NCBI GenBank assembly: GCA_013138805.1
Contig: WTCA01000030.1
Span: 1 to 56,983 of the forward strand
Source of the DNA: an archaeon
GTDB taxonomy: Archaea; EX4484-52; GLR71
Direction of reading: 5' to 3'
DNA: 56,983 bases
In this document: one piece after another, positions 1 to 8,366 of the stretch
Numbering within the stretch: the first letter of the stretch is position 1
How the letters are laid out: each line of letters begins with the position of its first letter
Translations under genes and position numbers: made by a program
The notes under the pieces: generated by a model
Database searches by the model: none
Told to the model about the DNA's origin: nothing
The model's input: the letters and a program-made list of their open reading frames with translations, nothing else

Positions 1-1530
1 TTATCGATACAGCATATTGAGCATCTTTTCTGTGGCCTCTACTGCGGCGAGAATCTGGTCCGGGTTGACACCTATTGTCTTGAACACTTTTCCGTCCTTT
101 TCCCAGACAATTATTGTCTCCACAAGAGCGTCTGTCTTTCCGCCGGGAGGTATATGCACTTCATAGTCTGCAAGCTTTGGAAGATTTATTCCTATTTCCG
201 GCGCGACTTTCTTTAAAGCGTTCATGAAAGCGTCATATCCGCCGCTGCCTTCGCTTTCTGCGCAGACTTCAGTTCCGTTGTATCTTAATGTGAAGGATGC
301 TTTCTGTATTTTTTTAAGAGACACTGAGACATCAAGATCTGTTATCCTTATCTTCTGTTTTACTTCTGTCTCAAGGACATCTGCTACAATGTATGGCAGG
401 TCTGCATGAGTTATCTTCTTTTTCCTGTCACCAAGCTTTACAATCTTCTTGAATACCTGTCTTTTGTCATCGCCTGAAAGCTCTATGCCTGCCTTTTTAA
501 GGTTCATCTCAAGGCTTGACATGCCGCTCAGCTTTCCCAGCGCATATTCCCGCTCCCTGCCGAACCTTTTCGGGTCAATCTTGTTTGTGTAAAGGTTGCC
601 TTTTTTGTCACCGTCAGCGTGGATGCCTGCCGTCTGGGTGAAGACGTCCTCTCCGACTATCGGCTTGTTTGAAGAGACTTTCTTTCCTGAAAAAGTTGAT
701 ACAAGACTGCTTAAGGTCTTCAGGTATCTTTCGTCTATTTTTGTGTCTGTACTTTTTGAGATATCTCTCAATGCGACAACAGTATCACATATCGGTGCGT
801 TGCCTGCACGCTCGCCTAAAGAATTGACTGTGACATGGATACCTTTCGCTCCTGCTTCTGCGGCCGCGATTGAGTTTGCGACAGCAAGACCGTAGTCGTT
901 GTGCGCATGGAAATCAAAATGTGTTTTTGGATATCTTTTGTTAAGGGCTGAGATGAACTGTTTTACTTCATCGGGAAGAAGAATACCTAATGTATCGGGA
1001 AGCATTATTCTTTTTAGGTTCTTGTTTTTTGTCAGGTTATCTAATAATAGATATACATAACCAGGGCTTTCTTTCATGCCGTTTGACCAGTCTTCAAGAT
1101 ATATGTTTGCAGATATGTCTTTTGAAGCGGCGTTGCTTATTGTGTCTTCTATATTTTTTATGTGCTCTTGCGGGGTCTTTTTCAGCTGGACTTCCAGGTG
1201 CTTCAGGGAGCCTTTGGCCAGGATGTTCATAGTTCTGCACCCAGTCTCGTGTATCCAGTCAACTGAACGGTTATTGTCTACAAATCCCAGGACTTCTATC
1301 CTGTCAATGTATCCATTTTTCTTTGCCCATCTGCATATCTCTTTGACTGAGTCTTTCTCGTTGTCTGAAACTCTTGCTGAGGCTATCTCTATCCTGTCCA
1401 CCTTAAGGTCTTCAAGAAGAATTTTTGCAATCGCAAGCTTTTCTTTCGCGTTGAAGCTGACGCCAGGTGTCTGCTCGCCGTCTCTCAATGTTGTGTCCAT
1501 CACTTCGATTATTTTTTTTTCAGAAGACAT
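1..1530 (-). CDS. cimA: (R)-citramalate synthase, DRE-TIM family with C-terminal regulatory domain (Leptospira/Bacteroidetes-like CimA)
   Basis: Motifs DTTLRDGEQ, LPDTLG, HAHNDYGLA and GLGERAGN-like (SLGERAGN), plus C-terminal IPPGGKTDALVE...ATEKMLN typical of the CimA subfamily. ATG at 1530 preferred over the upstream TTG at 1536. Confidence 0.8.
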   Translation of the reverse strand: MSSEKKIIEVMDTTLRDGEQTPGVSFNAKEKLAIAKILLEDLKVDRIEIASARVSDNEKDSVKEICRWAKKNGYIDRIEVLGFVDNNRSVDWIHETGCRTMNILAKGSLKHLEVQLKKTPQEHIKNIEDTISNAASKDISANIYLEDWSNGMKESPGYVYLLLDNLTKNKNLKRIMLPDTLGILLPDEVKQFISALNKRYPKTHFDFHAHNDYGLAVANSIAAAEAGAKGIHVTVNSLGERAGNAPICDTVVALRDISKSTDTKIDERYLKTLSSLVSTFSGKKVSSNKPIVGEDVFTQTAGIHADGDKKGNLYTNKIDPKRFGREREYALGKLSGMSSLEMNLKKAGIELSGDDKRQVFKKIVKLGDRKKKITHADLPYIVADVLETEVKQKIRITDLDVSVSLKKIQKASFTLRYNGTEVCAESEGSGGYDAFMNALKKVAPEIGINLPKLADYEVHIPPGGKTDALVETIIVWEKDGKVFKTIGVNPDQILAAVEATEKMLNMLYR

Positions 1531-1561
1531 AGTCAATAGATTATGTATTGGAAAGATATTC

Positions 1562-1568
1562 TTATATA
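1562..1568 (+). promoter_or_regulatory. Putative TATA box of tRNA-Gly, in the divergent intergenic region shared with cimA
   Basis: TTATATA about 27 nt upstream of the tRNA 5' end at 1595. Confidence 0.5.
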
Positions 1569-1594
1569 ATTTCGGGAGGTATTATGGATACTAT

Positions 1595-1709
1595 ACGGCA
1601 ATGGTCTAGTGGTATGATACGAGCTTCCCAAGCTTGTGCCCCGGGTTCAATTCAAGGAGGCTCCTTTGAGATGCAAAGGAGTCTTCAGGTGAAAATCCCG
1701 GTTGCCGTA
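1595..1709 (+). tRNA. tRNA-Gly(CCC) with a 44-nt intron in the T-loop (about 1652-1695, position 59/60)
   Basis: Acceptor ACGGCAA/TTGCCGT plus discriminator A. D-arm GTC-TAGTGGTAT-GAT. Anticodon arm CGAGC-TTCCCAA-GCTTG. T-stem CCGGG/CCCGG, interrupted by an insert that forms a BHB (TTCA/TGAA helix, ATT and AAT bulges) and a 13-bp hairpin. Confidence 0.9.
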
Positions 1710-1729
1710 TGTTTTCTTTTTTTATAATA

Positions 1730-2089
1730 TCAAGCGCAAGCCAAAGCCGGACTGCTTCTCATCAGTATTGGCATTGATAACACAGGCATTATCTCTTTTG
1801 AAGCGGTTGTCAGATAAAATCTTATGGTTGTCAGAGAATTATCTGTCTTTATGTTTACCTTACAAGCAGTCAGACTTGCCAGAAATAATTTCATGTCTAT
1901 CTTTTCGTCAACAAGCATATCTTTAATCAGTCTTGAAGCATTCAATAACTGTATTGCGACTATCTCTTTTTTAGCATTATAATCAAGGATTATGTTGCCT
2001 ATTTCAACAGACCCTTTGGATCTGGATTTAGGATAATACATAAATAAGTCATCGTTGACTTTATCATAACTAAAATCAAAGTCTTTCAT
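1730..2089 (-). CDS. DUF2283-like protein (putative antitoxin)
   Basis: YDKVNDDLFMY...SVEIGNIILDYN...IVAIQLLNAS matches the DUF2283 pattern; overlaps the upstream ORF by 14 bp. Confidence 0.75.
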   Translation of the reverse strand: MKDFDFSYDKVNDDLFMYYPKSRSKGSVEIGNIILDYNAKKEIVAIQLLNASRLIKDMLVDEKIDMKLFLASLTACKVNIKTDNSLTTIRFYLTTASKEIMPVLSMPILMRSSPALACA

Positions 2090-2408
2090 ATCGCTTCTCT
2101 ACCTCCCTCTGCCATCTTCTGTTAACCTTAATCACAGTGCAGACGATACAGTGCCGATTTATTGCCAGCACATATCTATGGCATTGCGTTTTGCTGTATC
2201 CGAAATAACAGTCATATTTCTCTTCATATATATTAGAGGACTCTTGTTTTCCTGCATAATACAATCTTTTCGGATTCAATATGTTTTCAATTATTTCGTC
2301 TGTGCTTATTCCTCTGTATTCTGCCTGAACCTTTGCGTGAGCTGTAATTATTATCTCTATTTTATCATACTTTTTGAATTTACCTATAACCTTATCTTTA
2401 TAGTTCAT
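2076..2408 (-). CDS. DUF4258-like protein (putative RelE/BrnT-like toxin)
   Basis: IIITAHAKVQAEYRGISTDEIIENILNP...IVCTVI matches the DUF4258 pattern; paired with the DUF2283-like gene. Confidence 0.65.
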   Translation of the reverse strand: MNYKDKVIGKFKKYDKIEIIITAHAKVQAEYRGISTDEIIENILNPKRLYYAGKQESSNIYEEKYDCYFGYSKTQCHRYVLAINRHCIVCTVIKVNRRWQREVEKRYERL

Positions 2409-2505
2409 GACTTAAATAATTTCAACAGACGGGTTAAAGGTTGTCAAACACTGTAAGGGGTGATATGCCAACAATATTTTATAATTATCATCACAAAAAA
2501 TTGCT

Positions 2506-3129
2506 ATGAGAACTATTAAGATTAATCTTCATAATCCTGAAAAGATATTTCTTGAAATGGCTGCCGATATAATCAAGGACGGAGGGGTAGTCATATACCC
2601 CACTGATACTGCATATGGAATCGGGGCAGATATATTGAACAAGAAAGCTGTTGATAAGCTGAATCTTGCGAAAAGCAGACATCCGGAGAAACAATACACT
2701 GCGATTGTGTCTGATGTCAAGATGGCTGAGAAATTCTGTGTTCTTGGTGACTCTGAAAAAAGGCTGATAAAAAAGTTTATGCCGGGGCCTCTGACTCTTG
2801 TTCTGCCTAAGAAGGATATCGTTCCTGATTTTATACAGAAGACTGATTTCGCATTTCGTATACCAGACTGTGAAGTTGCGCGGGAGATATGTTCTATTTC
2901 CGGGGCTGCAATCACTGCCTCAAGTGCCAACATCAGCGGTGAGGAGACGCCTTATTCAGTAGATGAGATAAATCCGATTCTTAAAGAGAATGTTGATTTG
3001 ATCTTAGATGCGGGGAAGCTTGAAAAGAAAAAGACAAGCACTATCTGCAGAGTTGATGAGGGGAAGGTTAGAATATTGCGTGAAGGGGCGATAGCTGAGA
3101 AAGATATTGTTGATGCTGTCGGAGATTGA
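2506..3129 (+). CDS. tsaC: L-threonylcarbamoyladenylate synthase (TsaC/YrdC/Sua5 family, short form)
   Basis: YPTDTAYGIGA, K-x-R, PGPLTLVL, SSANISG, STI and REGAI motifs; 207 aa with no SUA5 C-terminal domain. Confidence 0.93.
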   Translation: MRTIKINLHNPEKIFLEMAADIIKDGGVVIYPTDTAYGIGADILNKKAVDKLNLAKSRHPEKQYTAIVSDVKMAEKFCVLGDSEKRLIKKFMPGPLTLVLPKKDIVPDFIQKTDFAFRIPDCEVAREICSISGAAITASSANISGEETPYSVDEINPILKENVDLILDAGKLEKKKTSTICRVDEGKVRILREGAIAEKDIVDAVGD

Positions 3130-3132
3130 ATT

Positions 3133-3345
3133 TTAGTTTAATGCATAAATCCTGTTTCTCATGTCGGCAAAGTTGTGAGATTCTGTTATCAGACCTTTTT
3201 CTTTTAGTATTGACAATGCATACGATAATGTCCTTTTCGGAATGCTTGTGCGCTTAAGAAGCTGAGAATAAGAGATAGGTCCCCTGTCTTTAAGGACTGT
3301 ATATATGGCTCTGCCTGATTTTGGAACGGAGACAAAGTAATTCAC
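3133..3345 (-). CDS. Small winged helix-turn-helix transcriptional regulator (MarR/TrmB-like)
   Basis: PKSGRAIYTVL..RGPIS..QL...T.IPKRTLSYALSILKEKGLI.....DMRNRIY is the archaeal wHTH pattern. Start codon uncertain (GTG). Confidence 0.75.
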   Translation of the reverse strand: MNYFVSVPKSGRAIYTVLKDRGPISYSQLLKRTSIPKRTLSYALSILKEKGLITESHNFADMRNRIYALN

Positions 3346-3416
3346 CTGTCATCAGATATCACCTGAAATAAGATAGGTCTTTAAGCTTATAAAAGTTGGG
3401 ATTGGGGCAAAAAAGC

Positions 3417-3890
3417 TCAAACATCAACAACAATCCCGTCATCGCAGAAGGTGCGCTCGCAGTAATGGCATCTGACCTTGAGCGGGAATCTTGAGAGGAC
3501 ATCGAAACGGCTCTTTATATCCTCTTTTGCATTTGATATGCAGTCGGGGTTGATGCATCTTAATGTGGATACAAGCCTGTCTGATATGGATACTTCATGT
3601 TTTGAGATGAGGATGTAGTCTTTTATTATGCTTATGTTTGAACCGGGCGCAATTATAGCAATCTTACCCTCAAGGATCTTGCTTTCAAGATAAAAATCTT
3701 CAATCTTCAGCAGGTCTTTCTTGCCAAGCTTTCGGCTTTTGACGCACATGATGGCAGCAATTTTCCTGTCCTTGTCTTTAAGAAGACCCAAGGCATTGAG
3801 AATATCAAGAGACTTGCCTGCAGGTATGTGGTCTATGACTGTACCATCCTTCAGCTTTGTTATGACAAGCTCTTCTTTTTCTGAAACCAT
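3417..3890 (-). CDS. pyrI: Aspartate carbamoyltransferase regulatory subunit
   Basis: GTVIDHIPAG, KKDLLKIE and Zn-binding C-INPD-C ... C-HY-CER motifs; directly downstream of pyrB. Confidence 0.95.
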   Translation of the reverse strand: MVSEKEELVITKLKDGTVIDHIPAGKSLDILNALGLLKDKDRKIAAIMCVKSRKLGKKDLLKIEDFYLESKILEGKIAIIAPGSNISIIKDYILISKHEVSISDRLVSTLRCINPDCISNAKEDIKSRFDVLSRFPLKVRCHYCERTFCDDGIVVDV

Positions 3891-3902
3891 AATTTATCAA
3901 CC

Positions 3903-4844
3903 TTAAACATCGTATCCCAGCAGGAGCAATATCAGCGCCATCCTGACAGGGACGCCGTTTCCTGCCTGAGGGAAATACACGGCGTTTTCCATTGTGTCCA
4001 CATCTGTGGATATCTCATCTACTCTGGGCAGAGGGTGCATGACTATAGTATTTTTTGCCGCGCCTTCCATAAGCTTTGCGTCAATGACATAGGCACTTTT
4101 CAGCCTGTGATATTCCTGCGGATCAGGAAACCTCTCCTTCTGTATTCTTGTGACATATATGACATCGCTTTTGAGCACTTCGTCGGATATGTCCCTGGTC
4201 TCGACTATATCTATATTCTGTTTTTTTGATATCTCATCCACAAGATATTTTGGCATCTTCAGCTCTTCCGGAGAGACGAAGATAAGCCTGATGTTGTCAA
4301 AAAGGGATAAGGCGTATGCGAGGCTGTGGACTGTACGGCCGTATTTCAGGTCGCCGACCATAGCTATTGTCAGTCCTGATATCTTTCCTTTTCTCTTTGC
4401 AATCGTGTACAGGTCAAGAAGTGTCTGGGTCGGGTGCTGGTTGGCGCCGTCGCCGCCGTTTATCACAGGTATCCCTGCGACTTCAGAGACATATCTTGCG
4501 CTGCCTTCCAGAGGATGCCTCATCACTATCATGTCTGCGTACTGGGCGACTGTGAGAGCTGTGTCTTTCAGAGTCTCGCCTTTCTTGACAGATGTGCCTT
4601 CAGTTCCTGAGAATCCGATGACTTTTGCGCCGAGCATCTGCATAGCTGTCTCAAAGGATAATCTTGTTCGGGTGCTGGGCTCAAAGAAAAGTGATGCTAT
4701 GACCTTGCCTTTTGCTATATTGAGGGTTTTGGACGGGCTTTGGGATGTAAGGGATTCTATCTTCTGTGCAGTACCAAGAATATTTGTTATGTCATCAACA
4801 GAAAGGTCGCGGATTGAGATTATGCTTCTTCCTTTGAAATTCAT
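3903..4844 (-). CDS. pyrB: Aspartate carbamoyltransferase catalytic subunit
   Basis: FFEPSTRTRLSFE, HPTQTLLDL, GDLKYGRTVHSL and MHPLPR motifs. Start placed at ATG 4844 (MNFKGRSIIS) because the longer ORF overlaps tRNA-Arg. Confidence 0.96.
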   Translation of the reverse strand: MNFKGRSIISIRDLSVDDITNILGTAQKIESLTSQSPSKTLNIAKGKVIASLFFEPSTRTRLSFETAMQMLGAKVIGFSGTEGTSVKKGETLKDTALTVAQYADMIVMRHPLEGSARYVSEVAGIPVINGGDGANQHPTQTLLDLYTIAKRKGKISGLTIAMVGDLKYGRTVHSLAYALSLFDNIRLIFVSPEELKMPKYLVDEISKKQNIDIVETRDISDEVLKSDVIYVTRIQKERFPDPQEYHRLKSAYVIDAKLMEGAAKNTIVMHPLPRVDEISTDVDTMENAVYFPQAGNGVPVRMALILLLLGYDV

Positions 4845-4903
4845 ATGTAGGATAGGGATGTGAAAGTTTAAAAATTTATCACTGATTATTAAAAAAAATA
4901 AAA

Positions 4904-5018
4904 TGCCCCCGACGCGATTTTCTTTTGCAGACATCATCAAAATGATGAATAGCATAATTTGAACGCGCGACTCCTTGCTTAGGAGGCAAGTGCTCTATCC
5001 AAACTGAGCTACGAAGGC
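4904..5018 (-). tRNA. tRNA-Arg(CCT) with a 40-nt intron in the T-loop (about 4918-4957, position 59/60)
   Basis: Minus strand reads GCCTTCG-TA-GCTC-AGTTTGGATA-GAGC-A-CTTGC-CTCCTAA-GCAAG-GAGTC-GCGCG-TTCAAA[insert]T-CGCGT-CGGGGGC-A. A20 is present. The insert contains a CATCAT/ATGATG hairpin and a relaxed BHB. Confidence 0.88.
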
Positions 5019-5106
5019 ACTAAAAACATTAAGAATAGTCTGCAAACCTTTAAAAAAGAATAACATGAGATTTTGAAAAAAAGAATTAAAAAAGAAGCAA
5101 AAGATT

Positions 5107-5370
5107 TTACTCTTTTGCCTTGATAACATTCTCAAATGCTTTCATCACAGCATCGATTATTTCTTTTTCATCCGGTATTGCGATTGAGCTTCTGAATTTC
5201 TTTCTCTTTTCCCCATCCATCTCAGAAAAAAAACCTCTAGAGATTGATAGAAAAACATTTTCTCCATCCTCTGTGATCGCTTTCTTCTTTGCGATCTCCA
5301 AGAAATTGTTCTTGCCGAACTGTATCTCTTCAGCCTTGATTGTTTCGAAACTTACATTTTCTTCAGCCAT
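5107..5370 (-). CDS. Small conserved hypothetical protein, paralogue 1 (possible PC4/PUR-like nucleic-acid-binding fold)
   Basis: Good RBS (AGGTGA); clear similarity to 5508-5741 (FGxNNFxEIAxKKAxTxxGExxFxSIxRG). Predicted beta4-alpha layout; the fold is inferred. Confidence 0.7.
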   Translation of the reverse strand: MAEENVSFETIKAEEIQFGKNNFLEIAKKKAITEDGENVFLSISRGFFSEMDGEKRKKFRSSIAIPDEKEIIDAVMKAFENVIKAKE

Positions 5371-5507
5371 CTGTTTTCACCTTACTATCTAAGCCCTTAA
5401 AGGGCAATCTATATGCTAGATTATTATTCTTATAACATCTTTATAAATATTATTGATGAGAAGGAGAAAATCTTTGAAGATAAAAAAAAAGAAAAAGAAA
5501 AAAGGAC

Positions 5508-5741
5508 TTATTCGACAAAGCTGTCAAGGATATCGACAACAGCTTTTAGTGTCTTGCCGTCTTCAGGTATCGATATCGCTTTTGTGAACTTCTTGTCCGT
5601 GCCGTCCTTGTAGTAGCCGCGGGTTATTGAGATGAATGGCTTCTCGCCCTCGTCCGTTACCGCCTTTTTGGAGGCTATCTCGAAGAAATTGTTCTCTCCG
5701 AATTTTACCTCTTTTTCCTTCAATGTTACAAATTCTACCAT
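5508..5741 (-). CDS. Small conserved hypothetical protein, paralogue 2
   Basis: RBS GGTGA upstream of ATG 5741; paralogue of 5107-5370. Confidence 0.7.
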   Translation of the reverse strand: MVEFVTLKEKEVKFGENNFFEIASKKAVTDEGEKPFISITRGYYKDGTDKKFTKAISIPEDGKTLKAVVDILDSFVE

Positions 5742-5853
5742 AGTATTCACCGTTTTTAAGGTAGAATCATTTCTCTTTCGAAGTAGGATATAAGTTTGTG
5801 ACCACGAGAGTGAGTGAATATCTTATAGAATATTAACACATACAAAAAAAAAT

Positions 5854-6387
5854 CTAAGTAAATTCTCTTTTTAGTATCTTATGCGCATTATTTAACTGCT
5901 TGAATCTTTCAGTGTCGCCTGTAGGCATATCAGGATGCATTTCTCGTGCCATATTTTTGTATTTTTTATCAATGACAGACCAGTCTGTTTCATCATGGTC
6001 CACCCCGAAAAAATCCCGTGCTTCTTTTCGTTTATCATCAACATCGTCAGATTCTTTAAAAGCTGCAAAAAAATCATCAAGTGTCTTTTTTTCTGAAAGA
6101 ACCATGTTGACTTCTGCTTCAATTACTTTGTACAGGACATACATATTATCCACAAATTTTCTTTGCTGATTATGACTATAATACAATCTATGCCCTGCCA
6201 TATACCATGTTACAGATGCTTTAGCTTTTTTTATCGCTATGCTTTCAAGAGGTATCTCGATGTCATATCCATCAACACCAATACGCTTTAGAAGTGCAAT
6301 TATATTGTTATTGAATTGCAATGCTTTTCGATTAAAAGCGACCTTAGTAATCATAACATTTATTTCATGCCCTTTAATATTTACCAT
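5854..6387 (-). CDS. Protein with C-terminal J-domain (DnaJ class C-like)
   Basis: C-terminal ARDFFGV...IDKKYKNMAREMHPDMPTGDTERFKQLNNAHKIL with the HPD motif; ATG 6387 follows a GTGAT RBS. Confidence 0.8.
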   Translation of the reverse strand: MVNIKGHEINVMITKVAFNRKALQFNNNIIALLKRIGVDGYDIEIPLESIAIKKAKASVTWYMAGHRLYYSHNQQRKFVDNMYVLYKVIEAEVNMVLSEKKTLDDFFAAFKESDDVDDKRKEARDFFGVDHDETDWSVIDKKYKNMAREMHPDMPTGDTERFKQLNNAHKILKREFT

Positions 6388-6486
6388 CAGAATCACATAT
6401 TTTTGTTCTTGAAGACTTTATTTATGTCAGATTACATTATAAAAGAATATGTTTGTCTTGAGTGAAAGCTTATATTATTCAACCTC

Positions 6487-8277
6487 TCATTCAACCAAAA
6501 CTCTCAATGTCTTCATCACTATGGCCTGCATGATCTTGTTGCCTGTTTCGGTCTTCTTCTTGACTTTTATCAGGGCCTTCTTGCCGATTGTTGCTGAGAA
6601 AAGGAACTCTTCGCCCTTGTAGATGTCTGCCATCGCGCCGACATACTCTTTTTTAAGGCCTATGTTGATGTAGCCGCCAGATTCTGATGTCTTGTACTTC
6701 GCTGTCTCTTTCAGGGTCTCAACGATAGGCTCTATCGAGATATGGATGCCGAGTTTCTCCTCAATCCCTGATATGTTTGTGCCTTTCCTGCCGATTATTG
6801 ATGACATATCTTCTTTAGGCACGCGGACGATGGCGCGGTTGCCTGAGATTATGCTTATGTCAGGATTTGTTGTGTGTTTCTTGAGAACGGACCTTATCTT
6901 ATCTTCTGCCAGGCGGTTCACGGCTGATGTATCTGTGCCTTTATCCACCGGCATGACCACTGTCTCATCACCGTATGTATATATCTCATGAATAGGTCTT
7001 CCTGTCTCAAAATCAAGGACCTCTATGACCGGCCTTGCAAGATCCTGCTCCACCATGCCGTTTGGAACCTTGACTCTCAGGGAAAGGGACAGGACAGACT
7101 CAATCTTTCCGCCCTTGACAAATATTATAGTATCGACAATCTGCGGTATCATGCCAAGCTCTACCCTTCCTATGAACCTGTGCATGACATCTATTGCCCT
7201 TGTCGCGTGGACCACGCCGACCATGCCGACGCCTGCAAGGCGCATGTCAGCGAATATCCTGAAATCCTTTGTCTGGCGTATCTCATCGTAGATGGTTATG
7301 TCAGGCCGTACAAGAAGGAGTATCTCTGCTGTCTTTGCCATGTCAGACTCTAAAGGTCCGTATTGTGTTATGTCAGGTCCGAGCTGAAGGTCTCTCGGGT
7401 TCTCCATGGTCTTGACTATGTTTTTTTTGTCCTGGTAATATTCTGCCAATGCCTGGCACAGTGTTGATTTCCCGTGTCCAGGCGGTCCTGCAATTATTAT
7501 GCCTTCAGCTTCCTTGTCTATCCTGCCTTTGAGCTTGTCTGTAAGGCTGTAGTTGTCAAGAGACACTTTGACTATGGGCCGTACTGCCGTTATCTCCATC
7601 TTCTCGGAGAATGGCGGCCGTGTTATCGCTATCCTGTATTCCTTGAGCTGGATGACTGATACGAATCTCTTGGAAATTTCCATGAACGACTCATCAGATA
7701 CGCGGTTGAGCTCCATTATCTCGTGCGCGATGTTTTCAAGCATCTCTTTTGTTATGATATCTTCGTTCAAGTTTACCAGCTCAAATGTGCCGGGCTTTCC
7801 TTTCTTTGCCTTGGGGACAGACCCTTCCTTGAGATGAACTGACATTGTCTCTTTGTCAAAGAAGTTTTCCAGGGTGAAGGATTCTATCTTCTCTTTCGGG
7901 AAGTATATGACTTTTACTCCTTCGGCCTCGGCAGTCTTTGCCTGGACCATGTCGCCTGTGAGAAGCGTGGCATTTTCCTCTCTTGCTATGTCTCTTATGA
8001 GGGCATCTATCCTTCCTGACCCTGCCATCCTTATCTCTTCGGCCGTGGGTTTCCTTCCCTGCTGTGTCAGAGTTATGCCCTTGTCCTTTGCTATATTTCT
8101 TATCGTTTTTAACTCATCCAATCCACTGAAACCTATCTCTTTGCCGCGGTTTGCCTGGTTCTCAAGCTCTGAGACGACAAATTCAGGAATTATAAGAGTG
8201 CCTTTGATCTTGCCTTTTAAGATTAACTCCATCACTTTTCCTTCGATTATGGCTGATGTGTCTGGTACGTATTTCAT
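6487..8277 (-). CDS. PINA-type ATPase (PIN domain + VirB11/PilT-like ATPase + KH domain)
   Basis: N-terminal PIN (VPDTSAIIEG, ELENQAN, IDALIR), Walker A GPPGHGKST, LLLVRPD..IYDEIR, DMRLAGVGMVGVVHAT, and KH IIGRKG; ATG 8277 follows a GTGAT RBS. Confidence 0.9.
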   Translation of the reverse strand: MKYVPDTSAIIEGKVMELILKGKIKGTLIIPEFVVSELENQANRGKEIGFSGLDELKTIRNIAKDKGITLTQQGRKPTAEEIRMAGSGRIDALIRDIAREENATLLTGDMVQAKTAEAEGVKVIYFPKEKIESFTLENFFDKETMSVHLKEGSVPKAKKGKPGTFELVNLNEDIITKEMLENIAHEIMELNRVSDESFMEISKRFVSVIQLKEYRIAITRPPFSEKMEITAVRPIVKVSLDNYSLTDKLKGRIDKEAEGIIIAGPPGHGKSTLCQALAEYYQDKKNIVKTMENPRDLQLGPDITQYGPLESDMAKTAEILLLVRPDITIYDEIRQTKDFRIFADMRLAGVGMVGVVHATRAIDVMHRFIGRVELGMIPQIVDTIIFVKGGKIESVLSLSLRVKVPNGMVEQDLARPVIEVLDFETGRPIHEIYTYGDETVVMPVDKGTDTSAVNRLAEDKIRSVLKKHTTNPDISIISGNRAIVRVPKEDMSSIIGRKGTNISGIEEKLGIHISIEPIVETLKETAKYKTSESGGYINIGLKKEYVGAMADIYKGEEFLFSATIGKKALIKVKKKTETGNKIMQAIVMKTLRVLVE

Positions 8278-8366
8278 TGTTATCACTTTTTAAAAATAAA
8301 AAAACATATAAAGCTGTTGTTTTATATTTAATAATATTGGTTATAATCTTTATTAAGTTTGAGATT

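Noticed and set aside
4845..4955. 37-aa N-terminal extension of PyrB in the ORF track
   Set aside because: It overlaps tRNA-Arg and its T-rich terminator region; PyrB homology begins at MNFKGRS (4844).
1595..5018. Integrated element bounded by the two tRNAs
   Set aside because: No integrase and no att duplication were seen; the enclosed genes (tsaC, pyrBI) are housekeeping.
5413..5613. 66-aa plus-strand ORF
   Set aside because: It spans an A-rich terminator/promoter gap and lies antisense to a better-supported gene.
6487..8277. PINA ATPase as the pilus motor of the neighbouring surface cluster
   Set aside because: The PIN-ATPase-KH architecture is a widely conserved archaeal housekeeping protein, and it is separated from the cluster by an opposite-strand gene.
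8256..8366. Hydrophobic N-terminal extension of the plus-strand ORF
   Set aside because: It overlaps the PINA start and the AT-rich divergent promoter region; likely non-coding.
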